A stretch of DNA of 64,000 nt from Macrostomum lignano (taxonomy: Eukaryota): assembly GCA_002269645.1 (NCBI GenBank), contig NIVC01001613.1, positions 56,788 to 120,787 on the forward strand. Reading direction: 5' to 3'. Position numbers and translations under genes: made by a program. Positions 11,412-27,700 of this stretch are shown piece by piece. The stretch's first letter is position 1; each line of letters opens with the position of its first letter. The notes beneath the pieces were generated by a model, which was not told the origin of the DNA, did not search any database, and saw only the letters and a list, made by a program, of their open reading frames with translations.

Positions 11412-13149
11412 GGACAAATTACTTCGCTATGGACTCCCAAACCGCTCAACCAAATTACACCAAACTTTACACCCACCCTAAACTTACTACGGAGAATGTC
11501 TTAGGCTACCTTAAAATTTCCTAAATTTGAGTCTTCCCACCTAAAAGTGCAAAAAACTGCTCAAAATGCGCGATTTTTTCACTTAATCCTCCATAGCGCC
11601 GCTCCACTTATACCGATTCTCTTCAAATTTGACACAGATAATCTTAAACTATTTTGGCACAATCATGTAAAATTTCGAGTCTCAAAGGTAATCCTGAGCG
11701 GTGCTGTGCACTTTTAAAATTAGGCTGTTTTTTTCAGCGTAGCAACCACCCCAACCTCCGCCCGCCTGCCTCTCTTTCCCGATACCGATCTGGGCCCAGA
11801 TGTGTAAAAGGGTTTCAAAATTGACTAACTTTCAGCTGCCATAAGTTTGCTCCACGTAAAGCGATTAACTTCAAACTTGACACAATTCTTCATTGACCCA
11901 TTCTATATCTAAATGTAAAGTTTCAACTCTGTAACTCAACCGAAAAAGAAACTGTAAGCATGTGAAGTTTGTCTGCTTTTTCTGTTGTTTGTGCCACTCA
12001 CTCACACTCATTCCCCCAGAGCCAGACGAAGGGTCAGGCGATAGGACTGAATGTACATAGCAAATGTAGAGTGTTTTGGAATAACTTTTTTATAGCCTTC
12101 TCTGCACCCCGAGAGTGGAGAGGCTACGTTTATCCATGACAGTTTAGTGAGAAATTCTAACCACTGCCCTCCCCTCTGTATTGGCAAACTCTGCAGCAGT
12201 TTAACAGTGGATGGCAATTGGCAATTGGCAAATCGAGGGAATCCACTATCCAGCATGGTTTGTAAAAGCGAAAGATTTATAAAAAGGCGATGCGATGCAA
12301 TGCAATACAACCCTACTAAATTAGGCACACCATGGAAATTTTAGGTTTCTTTTAAAGGTACTGTGTAAATTTTAAATGGCCTCCTAAGAAATGCGTATTT
12401 CCTTGGTTGTTAGACTGATGCAGACTGCAGTGAAGCTGAAGATACACAAATTCCTTTCAGGGCTGCAAATTGGCAAGAAAGATGACGTGATCAAAGCATG
12501 AGAACAACCATGAGAGTACAACGTCCCACAAACTGGCTTTCCAAGCAGGGATAGGCAGACTTTTACCTCAAAGGCCAGATAAAGAATCCAGCTCATAGCT
12601 GAGGGGCAGATGAAAGTGGAAAGAAGAAGGAATAGACGATTCGAAGAGAGGAGAGGCAACAGAGGGGATAAAAGAAAAGATAAAAGATAATAGGAGAGAT
12701 GAGGGGGTGAGGACGATGAGAGAGGGGGAGAAGAGGGGAGAGAGGAAAAGCGAGAGGAGAGAGTAGAGAGCTGCAGATGAGGAGAGAGGAGAGTGGAGTG
12801 AGAGAAGATCGAGGAAGAGAGTATAGAAAAGGGAAGAGAAGAGAAAAGAAGAAAGGAGAAAGGAAAGTGAGGAGTCAAAAGAGGGGAAAGAAAAGAGTAC
12901 AGAGGAGAGAGGTGAGAGAACATATAAGACAGAGATGCCAGATTAAAGAGGGGGATGAGAGAGCAGAGACGAGAGTGAACAGATGAAAGATGAGAGAGTA
13001 GAGAGAACAGATGAGAGATTTCAGAGACGAGAGGAGAGAGGAGAGACAAAGGTAGAGAAGTGAGTGAGAAGAGAGGAGAGGAAAGAGGAGAATGGAGAGG
13101 GGAGAGAGTAGAGAGAGGAGTAGAGATAAGAGATAAAGACAGAGAAGAG

Positions 13150-13193
<44 letters not shown>

Positions 13194-13940
13194 GAGATAG
13201 AGAGAGGGAGAGAGAGAGAGAGCAGAGGAGAGAGATCGCGAAGAGATAAGAGAGAAAAAATAAAAGAAGAGAAAGGAGAGATAAAAACGCAGACAAGAGA
13301 GAAGAGAGGTGAGGGAAGAGACGAGTGACGAGGGGAGAGAGAAGAGATAAAACAAGAAAAGAGATGAGAGGAAAGAGAGAGAGGAAAGAGGTGAGAGAAG
13401 AGACGAGAGAAGAGGGGGAGAGAGGAGAGAGGAGAGGAGAGAGAAAACGAAAGAGTAGAGAGGAGAGAGAAGACGAAAAGTAGAGAGGAGAGAGAGAGGA
13501 AAGAGTAGAGAGAAGAGACAAGAGATGAGATAAGAGAGATGAAAGAGAAGAGAGATGAGGGAAGATACGAGCGAAGAGAGGAGAGAAGAGAGAGGAGAGA
13601 GGAGAGACGAGGGACGAGAGAGAAGAGAGGAAACAGAAGAGACGATAGAAATTTTAAAGGATCTAAGGGACGTAGGGAGAGTCAGGGAGAGGCCAGAGTT
13701 TGCCAATACATGTTTTAGAGTCAGACAGACATTGCCTGGCATTCTGTGGAGTACCCCAGCAAACAATATCAACGTTTGCCTCAAACCCTAATTTTACACG
13801 AATGTGCTCCATTTTATGTCTACCTCTATCCTACTAACATTAATTTGTTTGTGTATGGCCTTAGATTTCAGAATACATGCAAAAGTAGTTCCGGGGATTG
13901 GAATTCCCCGGGTTCAAAATCCGCGGGTTTCAACAGCTTG
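11356..13940 (+). mobile_element. Non-autonomous Helitron-like element, copy A
   Basis: 5' end A|TCTCTACCTATAAAAATCAAAACTCTG(TCTG)n. Subterminal hairpin CCGGGGA-ttggaat-TCCCCGG at 13891-13911. 3' end CCGCGGGTTTCAACAGCTTG|T. Homologous end-to-end to 15783-19030. No Rep/helicase ORF. Confidence 0.75.
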
Positions 13941-15782
13941 TCCTAATACTAAAACCGACGCGATGTTTGTCTGTCTGTATGTCTGTCTGTCTGTATGTAG
14001 CAAGTGAACTCCTACAATTCTGCCAAGTCAACGTCGAAACTTATATGGGAAAACTGCAAATTTTCCGGAGCAGGCTTTAGGCTATTTTAATTTTTAATTT
14101 TCACATTTTAACATCCCTAAAAAAGCAGAAAACTGCTTTTTTAACCCCAATAACCTTCTTTGGTCACTCTGCCTGGGGCTTCAGCCAGTTTGTAAAAATA
14201 GCCACCCCAACCTCCGCCCGCGGGCCGCTGTGTATTGAGGGGTGGTGGTGCGCGTGTTCTGCGTTCAATGCAAATAAAACCCCCCGCGTGTTGGGGGGTT
14301 AAGTTCAATTTAATGATTCCCCAGACTGGGGGTTGGGCTTGGGCTGAGTGTACATAGCAGTTGTACAGTGTAAATAGATAGACTGTGTCGAGATTCATTT
14401 GGTTTTATTATTGGCAGCCCTGTGTATTAGTTTGGCAGTGAAATTCAATGAATAAACTTGCGAGCTTCTCTAGCAAGCAGTCGGGAAATCGGTAAATTTC
14501 AAACGCTAACTGTTCCTCGAGTTTTAAACTTTGAGAGGAGAGACTTATATTGCTGGAAAGATCTTGCAACGCTGAGTTTGGGGATATAAGTTGTTTGCTT
14601 TATATATGAAAAGAAAAAGCACAGCATTTGAAAAACTATTTTCATACTTTTAACTTTCTGCAAAGATTGTACTTAGTTTTGCGAGACGTAATAGATAAAG
14701 TTGGGGGAGGGTTCAACTTCTCACTGCTGCTGTGTATTGGAGGGTTGATTTAGATTGCGCAACTGTTTATTTAACTTTAAATAAGACTGATACTGTCTGA
14801 CTGAGAAATGGTTTGCGCAATTAATTGATTCAATTAATTCAACACGCAGCTCTGTGCAGCTCGAACCCTAACCCTAACCAATGAATTCTGAAAGTTAAGT
14901 TCTTTTTGACAGAGAAAATTTCGATTGAGTCCAGTTTCACGGAGTATTCTGATGGTTTTCGGTTTCACGGAGAGGATTTATTTTTCGTGGAGAGAATTTA
15001 GATGTATTTCTGTTTTACGGAGACGATTTTGATGGATGTCAGTTTCACTCAGAGGATTTCCATGGAGCCCAGTTTCACGGAGAGGATTTCTGTTTCGCGG
15101 AGAGGATTTCTGTTTCACGGAGGGATTTTGATGGATTTGGTATCTTCAGTCAGTCAGTAAAGAGAGTAAAGAGAAGAGTGAAAAGAGAAGAGAGAAGAGA
15201 TTATAGAAAAGAGAGTAGAGATGAGAGAGGACAGATTAGACATGACAGATGGGAGAGAAGAGGGGAGTAAGGCGGGAACGAAGAGGGAGAGAGAAGAAAA
15301 GAGGAGAGAGGAGATGAGAGGGAATATATGAGATAGCAAAGGGAGACAGGAGAGATGAGAGGAGAGAGAAGAGAGGAGCTGAGAGTAGAGGAGAAAGAAA
15401 TAGTGAGATGAGGCATGAGGGATGAGAGATGAGAGAGGAGAGAAGAGAGGAGAGAGGAGAGAGGAGAAAACAGGGGATAAAGGAGACAGAAGAGAAAGAC
15501 GAAAGACGAGGGAGAAGAGATAAATAAGGTGGTAGAGATGAGAGACGTGAGAGGAGAGAAAAGAGAAGAGAGGAGACAGAAGAATCTGAGTCTGGACAAT
15601 GGCAGTCAGTTTTTGCGAACAGGGAAAACAAGATATGGTATTTGAAAGGCTTTACAGAGGATTTGGAGATGATTTGGAAGATGGGATTCAAGTCATGGAA
15701 TTTCAGCTGATGGATTTCAGGGAATGGAATTCCGGTGATGGGAGTTCTTCCCCTTTCTCCTCCAGAGGAGGAGTTGGCCTCG
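13941..15782 (+). mobile_element. Non-autonomous Helitron-like element, second family (B)
   Basis: Starts TCCTAATACTAAAACCGACGCGATGTTTG(TCTG)n directly after copy A. Ends with hairpin CTCCTCC-aga-GGAGGAG (15757-15773) then CTCG|T. Only one copy is in the window, so the boundaries are inferred from terminal motifs. Confidence 0.55.
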
Positions 15783-19030
<3,248 letters not shown>

Positions 19031-19429
19031 TATTATATATACTGTATACTAATTTAGCACAAGTATCCGATACCATTGCGTGCTTGTTCTTATATAATAT
19101 TTCTATAGGGTTTTTTGATTAGAAAATGAAGCAATGAAACCGAAGACGCACAGATCGATAAGCTCGGGAAATAGATCAATATCTCGGACTTCAGAAAGCG
19201 AGATAAATAATGTATGCTTGACAGACCCTATCTGCTCTCTCAGCTCTTTGCTCGAGCATAATTAAGGATTGGCACTCGGTATAGATATACGTGCACTCTG
19301 TAAGATCGATTTTCATCACGCGATTAAGAGAACTCTTGATCAATACAGTAAGTTTGTGCTAATATATACGTATGGCTATATTTCATGTCGAGGGATTAGG
19401 CCACACAAAATAATTGAGAATTATTTTGT

Positions 19430-20200
19430 AGGCACCAGCCTCTCTAATTTAACAACAGCTAGGGTGCTATATATGGCGCCAGTTTCTCTAAATCATAAAT
19501 ACAAGCGCTAGATATGGCACCAGTTTCCTCAATTCATAAATTCAAGCGCTAGATATGGCGCCAATTCCTTTAAATCATAACTACGAGCTAATAGGTGCTA
19601 GATATGGCGCCAGCTCCTCTAAATCATAACTAATAGGCGCTCGATATGGCGCCAGTTCCTCTAAATCATAACTAATAGACGCTAGATATGGCGCCAGTTC
19701 CTTTAAATCATAACTAATAGGCGCTAGATATGGCGCCAGCTCCTCTAAATCATAACTAATAGGCGCTCGATATGGCGCCAGTTCCTCTAAATCATAACTA
19801 ATAGACGCTAGATATGGCGCCAGTTCCTTTAAATCATAACTAATAGGCGCTAGATATGGCGCCAGTTCCTTTAAATCATAACTAATAGGCGCTAGATATG
19901 GGGCCAGTTCCTCTAAATCATAACTAATAGGCGCTAGATATGGCGCCAGCTCCTCTAAATCATAACTAATAGGCGCTAGATATGGCACCAATTCCTCTAA
20001 ATCAAAACTAATATGCGCTAGATATGGCGTTAGTTCCTATAAATCATAACTAATAGGCGCTAGATATGAGGTTAGTTCCTCAAATCATAACTAATAGGGG
20101 CTAGATATGGCGCCAGTTCCTCTAAATCATAACTAATAGGGGCTAGATATGGCGTTAGTTCCTCTAAATCATAACTAATAGGCGCTCGATATGGCACCAC
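19430..20200. repeat. 42-bp minisatellite (GCTAGATATGGCGCCAGTTCCTCTAAATCATAACTAATAGGC)
   Basis: Tandem copies. Source of the LAPYLAPISYDLEE pseudo-ORF. Confidence 0.95.
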
Positions 20201-20745
20201 CCAAAAAAGAGCTTAGAGGTGACTGGCACAAAAAATACAGGTGCTATACTACAGAATTCCCGGGAACCCTCCCACACAAATCGAGTTCACTAAGTACATG
20301 TGCAAAAACCATATTTAGCTTATCTAGCAGAACACCATAGGCTATCTAAGTAATCAGAAAGAAATTGGAATTCAGCATCTCTCTTGTCAACTTCTCCATC
20401 ATTATTTTACCTGCATCGTGCAACTAACAGGTAAGCTTATATATTCGCATTTGGTTTGCGCCCACGCAGAATGGACTATTTACCAAAATGATATTAATCC
20501 GATAGGATCAAAGCAACGGCTTTATCTACAGCTAGCATGCACAGTATATTATCAAAGCTATTAAGGTGCGAAACAAAAAGAATAATGATACAGTGAAGCA
20601 TCCATGAGGTTGGACAGACAGTGCAGGGCTAAGAAGCTTGGGCAACTATAGGTCTGCCCTTGCTCAGATACTGTTGCTCGATAATATTGTAAAGGAATGC
20701 ACCAGTGATTCATTTTTTTCGCAGAGAGTTGAAAGCAAAAATTAA

Positions 20746-21091
20746 CTAGTTAGTCAGTTAGTTAGTTAGTTAGTTAGTCAGTTAGTTAGTTAGTTACTTA
20801 CTTACTTAGTTAGCTAGTTAGTTAGTTAATCAGTTAGTTAGTTAGTCAGTCAGTTAGTTAGCCAGTTAGTTAGTTAGTTAGTCAGTTAGTTAGTTAGTTA
20901 GTTAGTCAGTTAGTTAGTTAGTCAGTCAGTTAGTTAGTCAGTTATTTAGTTAGTCAGTTAGTTAGTCAGTTAGTTAATTAGTCAGTTAGTCAGTTAGTTA
21001 GTTAGTTAGTTAGTCAGTTAGTTAGTTAGTTAGTCAGTTAGTTAGTTAGTTAGTTAGTTACTTAGTCAGTTAGTTAGTTAGTTACTTAGTC

Positions 21092-21145
<54 letters not shown>
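20746..21145. repeat. (TTAG)n microsatellite
   Basis: About 400 bp. Lies in a probable 5'UTR intron (donor CAG|GTAAGC at 20431, acceptor CACAG| at 21625) of the downstream gene. Confidence 0.97.
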
Positions 21146-21652
21146 CAACTTTGTGCTTGATCAGCTCTACTTGTGGCTTTCTTCTGAGTGAGCATAGAAG
21201 CACTATGTGGTGTGTATTTCTATGGCTAAGGGTATGCGAACAAATGCATGCTGCTTACAGCAGGAAGCACCTATAAAAATCGGACTTTCATGGCATGAAA
21301 GCTAAAATAAGCCGCTAACTTATAAGGCATATGATTTTTTAACACACATAAACACCCGTGGAAGCAAGCAAAAGTGACACTACTTCTGGGACACCCCTCG
21401 TACCATCTAGATCTTAATTCTACGTACTCCATGAGTCGGAGTCCCTATCCAGATTACACGTCTATGGTACTCCATGCAACGGCCAATAATTCCCTTTCCT
21501 AGGTGTTGCCCCCTATTGGACCACGAACCGAACAGTCTGTATGCAGTGTATTAAAAGGACATGCCTCATGCTCGCTGGTTTCGTTAGCTAGTTCTATTTG
21601 TTAATCTGCCATTTCTCCTTCACAGATTTCAATAATTATTGCGAAACAAAGC

Positions 21653-24600
21653 ATGCATTTATGGCGATCGTTATTTTCGATATTGCCAATAATCCTATTA
21701 TCAATCGGATCTGCCGAACAGTTGGATCACCGTAGTCGACAATTATTAATGCGAACTGTGTTAAACTTAGCCGGTCATGGCAACTACAGCTGTCGGAGTG
21801 TCTTATCTAGCGAGCTGGTCGAAGTTGCACCGGCGGCGGAGAGGGTTCACCTGGGCGAGAGGCAGCTCACTCTGGTGCTGCGGCTGATCGGTTGTCGTTC
21901 ACTGATCCGACCGGGTGGCAACGATAGCGGCTGGCTAATCGATTCTGAGGATAGCGATGAAGCTAGGAAGTTCATCTTCCATGGCAACAGTAACAGCGAA
22001 GGTGAGACATTGACGTGACCTGACACCAACATCCTGATAGTTCATTCAATGAATCTCACCTGACACCCCAATAGTACATCCTGACAGTTCAATGAAGCTC
22101 ATCTGACACCCCAGCAGTGCATCCTGACACAGTTCAATGAAGCTCACCTGACACCCCAACAGTACATCCTGACACACTTCAATGAAGCTCATCTGACACC
22201 CCAACAGTACATCCTGACACACTTCAATGAAGCTCACCTGACATCCCCCTACAGTACATCCTGACACACTTCAATGAAGCTCACCTGACATCCCCCTACA
22301 GTACATCCTGACACACTTCAATGAAGCTCACCTGACATCCCCCTACAGTACATCCTGACACACTTCAATGAAGCTCATCTGACACCCCAACAGTACATCC
22401 TGACACACTTCAATGAAGCTCATCTGACACCCCAGCAGTGCATCCTGACACAGTTCAATGAAGCTCACCTGACACCCCAATAGTGCATCCTGACACAGTT
22501 CAATGAAGCTCATCTGACACCCCAGCAGTGCATCCTGACACAGTTCAATGAAGCTCACCTGACACCCCAGCAGTGCATCCTGACACAGTTCAATGAAGCT
22601 CACCTGACACCCCAATAGTGCATCCTGACACAGTTCAATGAAGCTCACCTGACACCCCAGCAGTGCATCCTGACACAGTTCAATGAAGCTCACCTGACAC
22701 CCCAGCAGTGCATCCTGACACAGTTCAATGAAGCTCACCTGACATCCCCCTACAGTACATCCTGACACAGTTCAATGAAGCTCACCTGACATCCCCCAAC
22801 AGTGCATCCTGACACAGTTCAATGAAGCTCACCTGACACCCCAACAGTACATCCTGACACTTCAATGAAGCTCATCTGACACCCCAACAGTACATCCTGA
22901 CACACTTCAATGAAGCTCACCTGACATCCCCCTACAGTACATCCTGACACAGTTCAATGAAGCTCACCTGACATCCCCCAACAGTACATCCTGACACAGT
23001 TCAATGAAGCTCACCTGACATCCCCCTACAGTACATCCTGACACAGTTCAATGAAGCTCACCTGACATCCCCCAACAGTACATCCTGACACAGTTCAATG
23101 AAGCTCATCTGACGCCAATGAAATGTACATGTATTTTATCTTCAATCGAAAAAGGTTTCCCAAATCGAGCTGAATTCCCATCTAGCGGCAGTTTTTTAAA
23201 AAATCAACACTTTCCCAGCTTCTACAACTGCGCAGAGCCCCCTCCTCCAGTTGCCTACCATCTGTCTGTGTGAACCGTTTTCGGACCTCTTCACCGTCAA
23301 CCCTCTGCCCTGGCGTCCTCTCGTCCCTATCTATTGAGGATCGCTTCTGTTTCTGATCCAAATAGCTGCAGTAATGGCCTTGCGTTTGTCTTCAACACAC
23401 ATATGTAGAAGCAGCAGCAGCAGGCTCTATTGAACAAGTATATTATATTATATACAAGCCCTTGGCTAGAATTAATAGTACTTCTGACTCTGCCTCTTCC
23501 CAGCCCATCGCATCGGCCGCCCTATATTACCCTCACTGAAAGAGTCTAAACAACCTGCTACGCGCCATGGGCGATTAGTTTGCCTGGGCCAATATACGAA
23601 ACCAAGTGTACATTTTGGCCCATTTTTATACCCCTGGCTGGGCTGAGCTGAATGCACTGCATGCACACTGCGCTTATGGGCATGGCTATCACCAGTTAGA
23701 GCGGGCATCCGGCAACGCGCTCCTCTCCATCCCTCGCCATCCGGCCCTCGGGGTCTTTTGTAACTTCACAATAGCAATCCGGCCCGTTTAAGGCTTGTGT
23801 CTCTTCTCAGCTCTCTTCTCTCTCTTCTCTCTCCCTCTTCTCTCTCCCTCTTCTCTCTCCTCTCTTCTCTTCTCTCTCCCTTTTCTCTCTTCTCTCTCCC
23901 CTCTTCTCTCTTCTCTCTTCTTTCCTCTCTGCTCTCTCCCCTCTTCTCTCTCCCCTCTTCTCTCTCCCCTCTTCTCTCTCCCCTCTTCTCTCTCCCCTCT
24001 TCTCTCTCCCCTCTTCTCTCTCCCCTCTTCTATCTGCCCTCTCCTCTCTCCCCTCTTCCCTCTCCTCACTTCTCTCTCCCCTCTTCTCGCTTTTCTCTCC
24101 CCTCTTCTCTACTCTCTCCTCTTCTCTCTCCTCTCTTCTTTCTCTGGTCCCTCTTCTCTCTCCTCTCTTCTCTCTCCCCTCTTCTCTCTCCCCACTTCTC
24201 TCTTCCCTCTTCTCGCTTCTCTCTTCCCTCTTCTCTTCTATCTTTTTCTTTCTCCTCTCTTCTTTCTCTGGTCCCTCTTCTCTCTTCCTTCCCCCATTCT
24301 CTCCTCTCATTCTCATCTCATCTCCCCCTTTTATCTATCCTCTCATATATTCTCTTCTTTTTCTTCTCGTCAATGTTCACCCTTTATACACGAAGATGTT
24401 CGTGTATCGCTGACTAACGATGAATAAGGCTCCGGGAAGCTCTAAACGAATAGTTTAATATGTATGAAATTAAAACATATATAATATTATAGCAAATTTA
24501 TGAAGATAAATCTAACCTGAACAATTAGTTTCCAATCCAGATAACTCGTAAGTCTAGTAGCCCATGGCCAGACGGGAAAATTGTCCATCGGAACAACTTA

Positions 24601-24713
24601 TAGCTACATGTAGTTAGTTAGCTTATAACCGCATTAGAACAGCAACGGCAGTACAGGAAAACAAAGACAGGACAAAAAATATAAATCTATCTAGAAATTG
24701 TAATCGCGAGAGA

Positions 24714-24764
<51 letters not shown>

Positions 24765-27700
24765 AAGCTGCCCGTTCTGTAACCTAGCCTATGGCCAAGC
24801 CGCAATGCAATGCCATAAATACAGTACTGTGTTTGTTTCCTTACTTATCTATCTATAGCTAGTGTTCGTCCTGGGAAGAAAATGGATTTCTGCAGTTATG
24901 CATGAAAAGCTGATAGACGTACGCTCGTATCATTGTAGAATTGTAGGATAGGTTGAGGATCGCCCAGTTGTAACTTTGAATGACCGCTTATTTTTGGGTA
25001 CTAATTGTTCGGGACTGATTTGTTTATTTTAATTTATTCAACGTTGGATATACGAGCTCGTAGATTCTGTTTTTGTTAAATTAGCGCAGAATACTAGCTT
25101 CTAGATAGCTCTAGTGAAGTTGTTGACCGTTCGATGTGATGTAGATATAGCTATATACAGACTTACATTTATCGGCATTTTAGTATATGTAGACTAGCCA
25201 TCTAAAGCCCCCCCCCCAGGGAAGTATAGTACTTTAGTGCAAGCATCAACTGGTAGCAAAAGGACGTAACTTCAACGTTTCAAAATGAAAATGGAGAGTT
25301 TATTCGAAGTCCTAATTAACGAACGAGAAAATTCCTAAATTTTTAATCTATGGCTACAAATAAAGATTATGAGAAGCTGTAGTACACTGTATGCAGTACA
25401 CTGTATGCCCAAGGTGGGGTCTTTTTCAAGTTTTTAGATTTAGTTACTTTGGTTATGCTGCCAAAGTAGATAAATTTTACAGCAATATTGCAGAAAAACG
25501 TGATAGCTAACCCCACCGCAGTAAAATATATGGCTATAGTTATCAACCTACCGGGTAGGTAAGTGAAGTTCAGTTCCGAAAATTTGAAAATTTACTGTTT
25601 TCAAGAAAAAAAGCATTTTAATTTAAAACGGGCCTTTTAAAATTAATTTTCATAAACTCTACTACGATGAAGTTGGTCCGTGTTTTACTGCTTGGGCTTA
25701 CAAATGCAGTAACATTTTCAGGTATTATACTCGGTGTACTCATGTAGTCCTTTCATATACTCGTATTTATGATTTTTGAGTTGAAAATTCGACGAGAAAT
25801 CAGACTTGAGAGCGGATTATTCTCGTACGGCTGTTCAGTCCAATGACAGGGGGGTCGCCATGCACACCCACCCTCAATTACCCCAGCTAATGCTGGCACT
25901 CATTTTACGGCTGAGTGAACTGAAGCAATGTAGAGTTAAATGTCTTGCTCTAAGACACAAATTGCAGTCTAGGAGGAGGTTGTAGCCTCAGTTCAACAGT
26001 ACCAATAAACTACCTCTAGCTGTCCACGAGATAAATTTAGCGGGCGCTAAGTAATATTTTTTTACAATCTGGAGAAAAATCTCGCAGGGAGAAAATGAAT
26101 TGGATCTTGCGTGTGGGGATTATGTTTTCAGTAGATATATATCGAGTATTTTCAATCTCTAGGGACCTGCATATAGAGTAGTATGATGGAGGGGCCTGGA
26201 GAAGTCTGGGCTTATTCGGGGAAAGCCATATGGCTCTGCCGCGAGAAGCCTTCCCTCCAAAGTAATAAATGATGAATGACTTCTGAATCGAACGGATAAC
26301 TAAGAGTTGAGCTATATTAGAATCTGCTAAGATATACAGAGTGAGTATTGACCTATCTCTGTGCTCAGAGATCTGCTGCCTAGAACTTCTCTCTTGGTCT
26401 AAAAGCATTAGCTAGAAAAGAAATAGAATAATATGGAATAAGAGAGGGCTAAAGGAGCCTATAGTAATGAGCAAAACATATTGTCAGTGCAGAGAAAACA
26501 TGATTAAAGGACGTTGGATAGCGAGCAGTCAGTTTTGTTTCAGACATGACTACTAATTTATTAGTAGGAGTTTTTCCTTTAATCTAAGCTGCAGCACATT
26601 ACTTTGAGTGAAATATTAAAGACTACGGGATACTGAAGACTATGCACTGGGGCATACTGTTGGGGAATTGGGGATGTGTGATTGGGATCTGGGATTGGGG
26701 ATCTGAGATTGGGGTCTGGGATTAAGGATGTGGGGTTACGGATGTGGGATTGGGGATTTGGGATTAGGGATGTGGGATTGGGGATCTAAGATTAGGGACT
26801 GGGATAAGGGATCTTGGATTGGGTATCTGGGATTAAGGATGTGGGATTGCGGATATGGGATTGGGGATTTGGGATTAGGGATCTGGGATTGGGGATTTGG
26901 GATTAGGGATCTGGGATTGGGGATCTGAGATTGGGGGTCTGGGATTAGGGATGTGGGATTACGGATGTGGGATTGGGGATCTGGGTGGGATTGAGGATCT
27001 GGGATTGGGGATCTGGGATTGGGGATCTGGGTGGGATTGAGGATCTGGGATTGGGGATCTGGCATTGAGGATCTGGGTGGGATTGAGGATCTGGGATTGG
27101 GGATCTGGGATTGAGGATCTGGGTGGGATTGAGGATCTGGGATTGGGGATCTGGGATTAGGATGTCGGATTGGAGATGTGTGATTATTGGGGATCTGGGA
27201 TTGAGGATGTGAGATTAGGGATGTGTGATTTTTGGGATCTGGGATTGAGGATGTGAGATTAGGGATGTGTGATTTTTGGGATCTGGGATTGAGGATGTGA
27301 GATTAGGGATGTCTGATTATTGGGGATCTGGGATTGAGGATGTCGGATTGGAGATGTGTGATTATTGGGGATCTGGGATTGAGGATGTGAGATTGGGGAT
27401 CTGGCATTGGGGATGTGGAATTGGGGATCTCAAATTCTTAAATTTCCTATTGCAGAGCGAACCAGCGCGGCCATCACCCTGAAGCAGACGGTGGTGTTCA
27501 CCGTATGCGGTGCCATTATATCAGCATTCTTCCTGGTGGCAGCGATTCTGCGATTTCGGTGAGTGTTAAACAGCACCATAGGATTTGAAATTACCGGACA
27601 ACTACTGTTAGTAGTTTGCTTGCAAATCTCAATTAAATCTTGCAAAACCTACCTGAAGGCAACAAACAACACAACACTGAAAACACTGAAAACAACAAAC

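Noticed and set aside
14863-14880. AACCCTAACCCTAACC telomere-like motif
   Set aside because: Only about two units, inside element B, which is too short to call an interstitial telomere.
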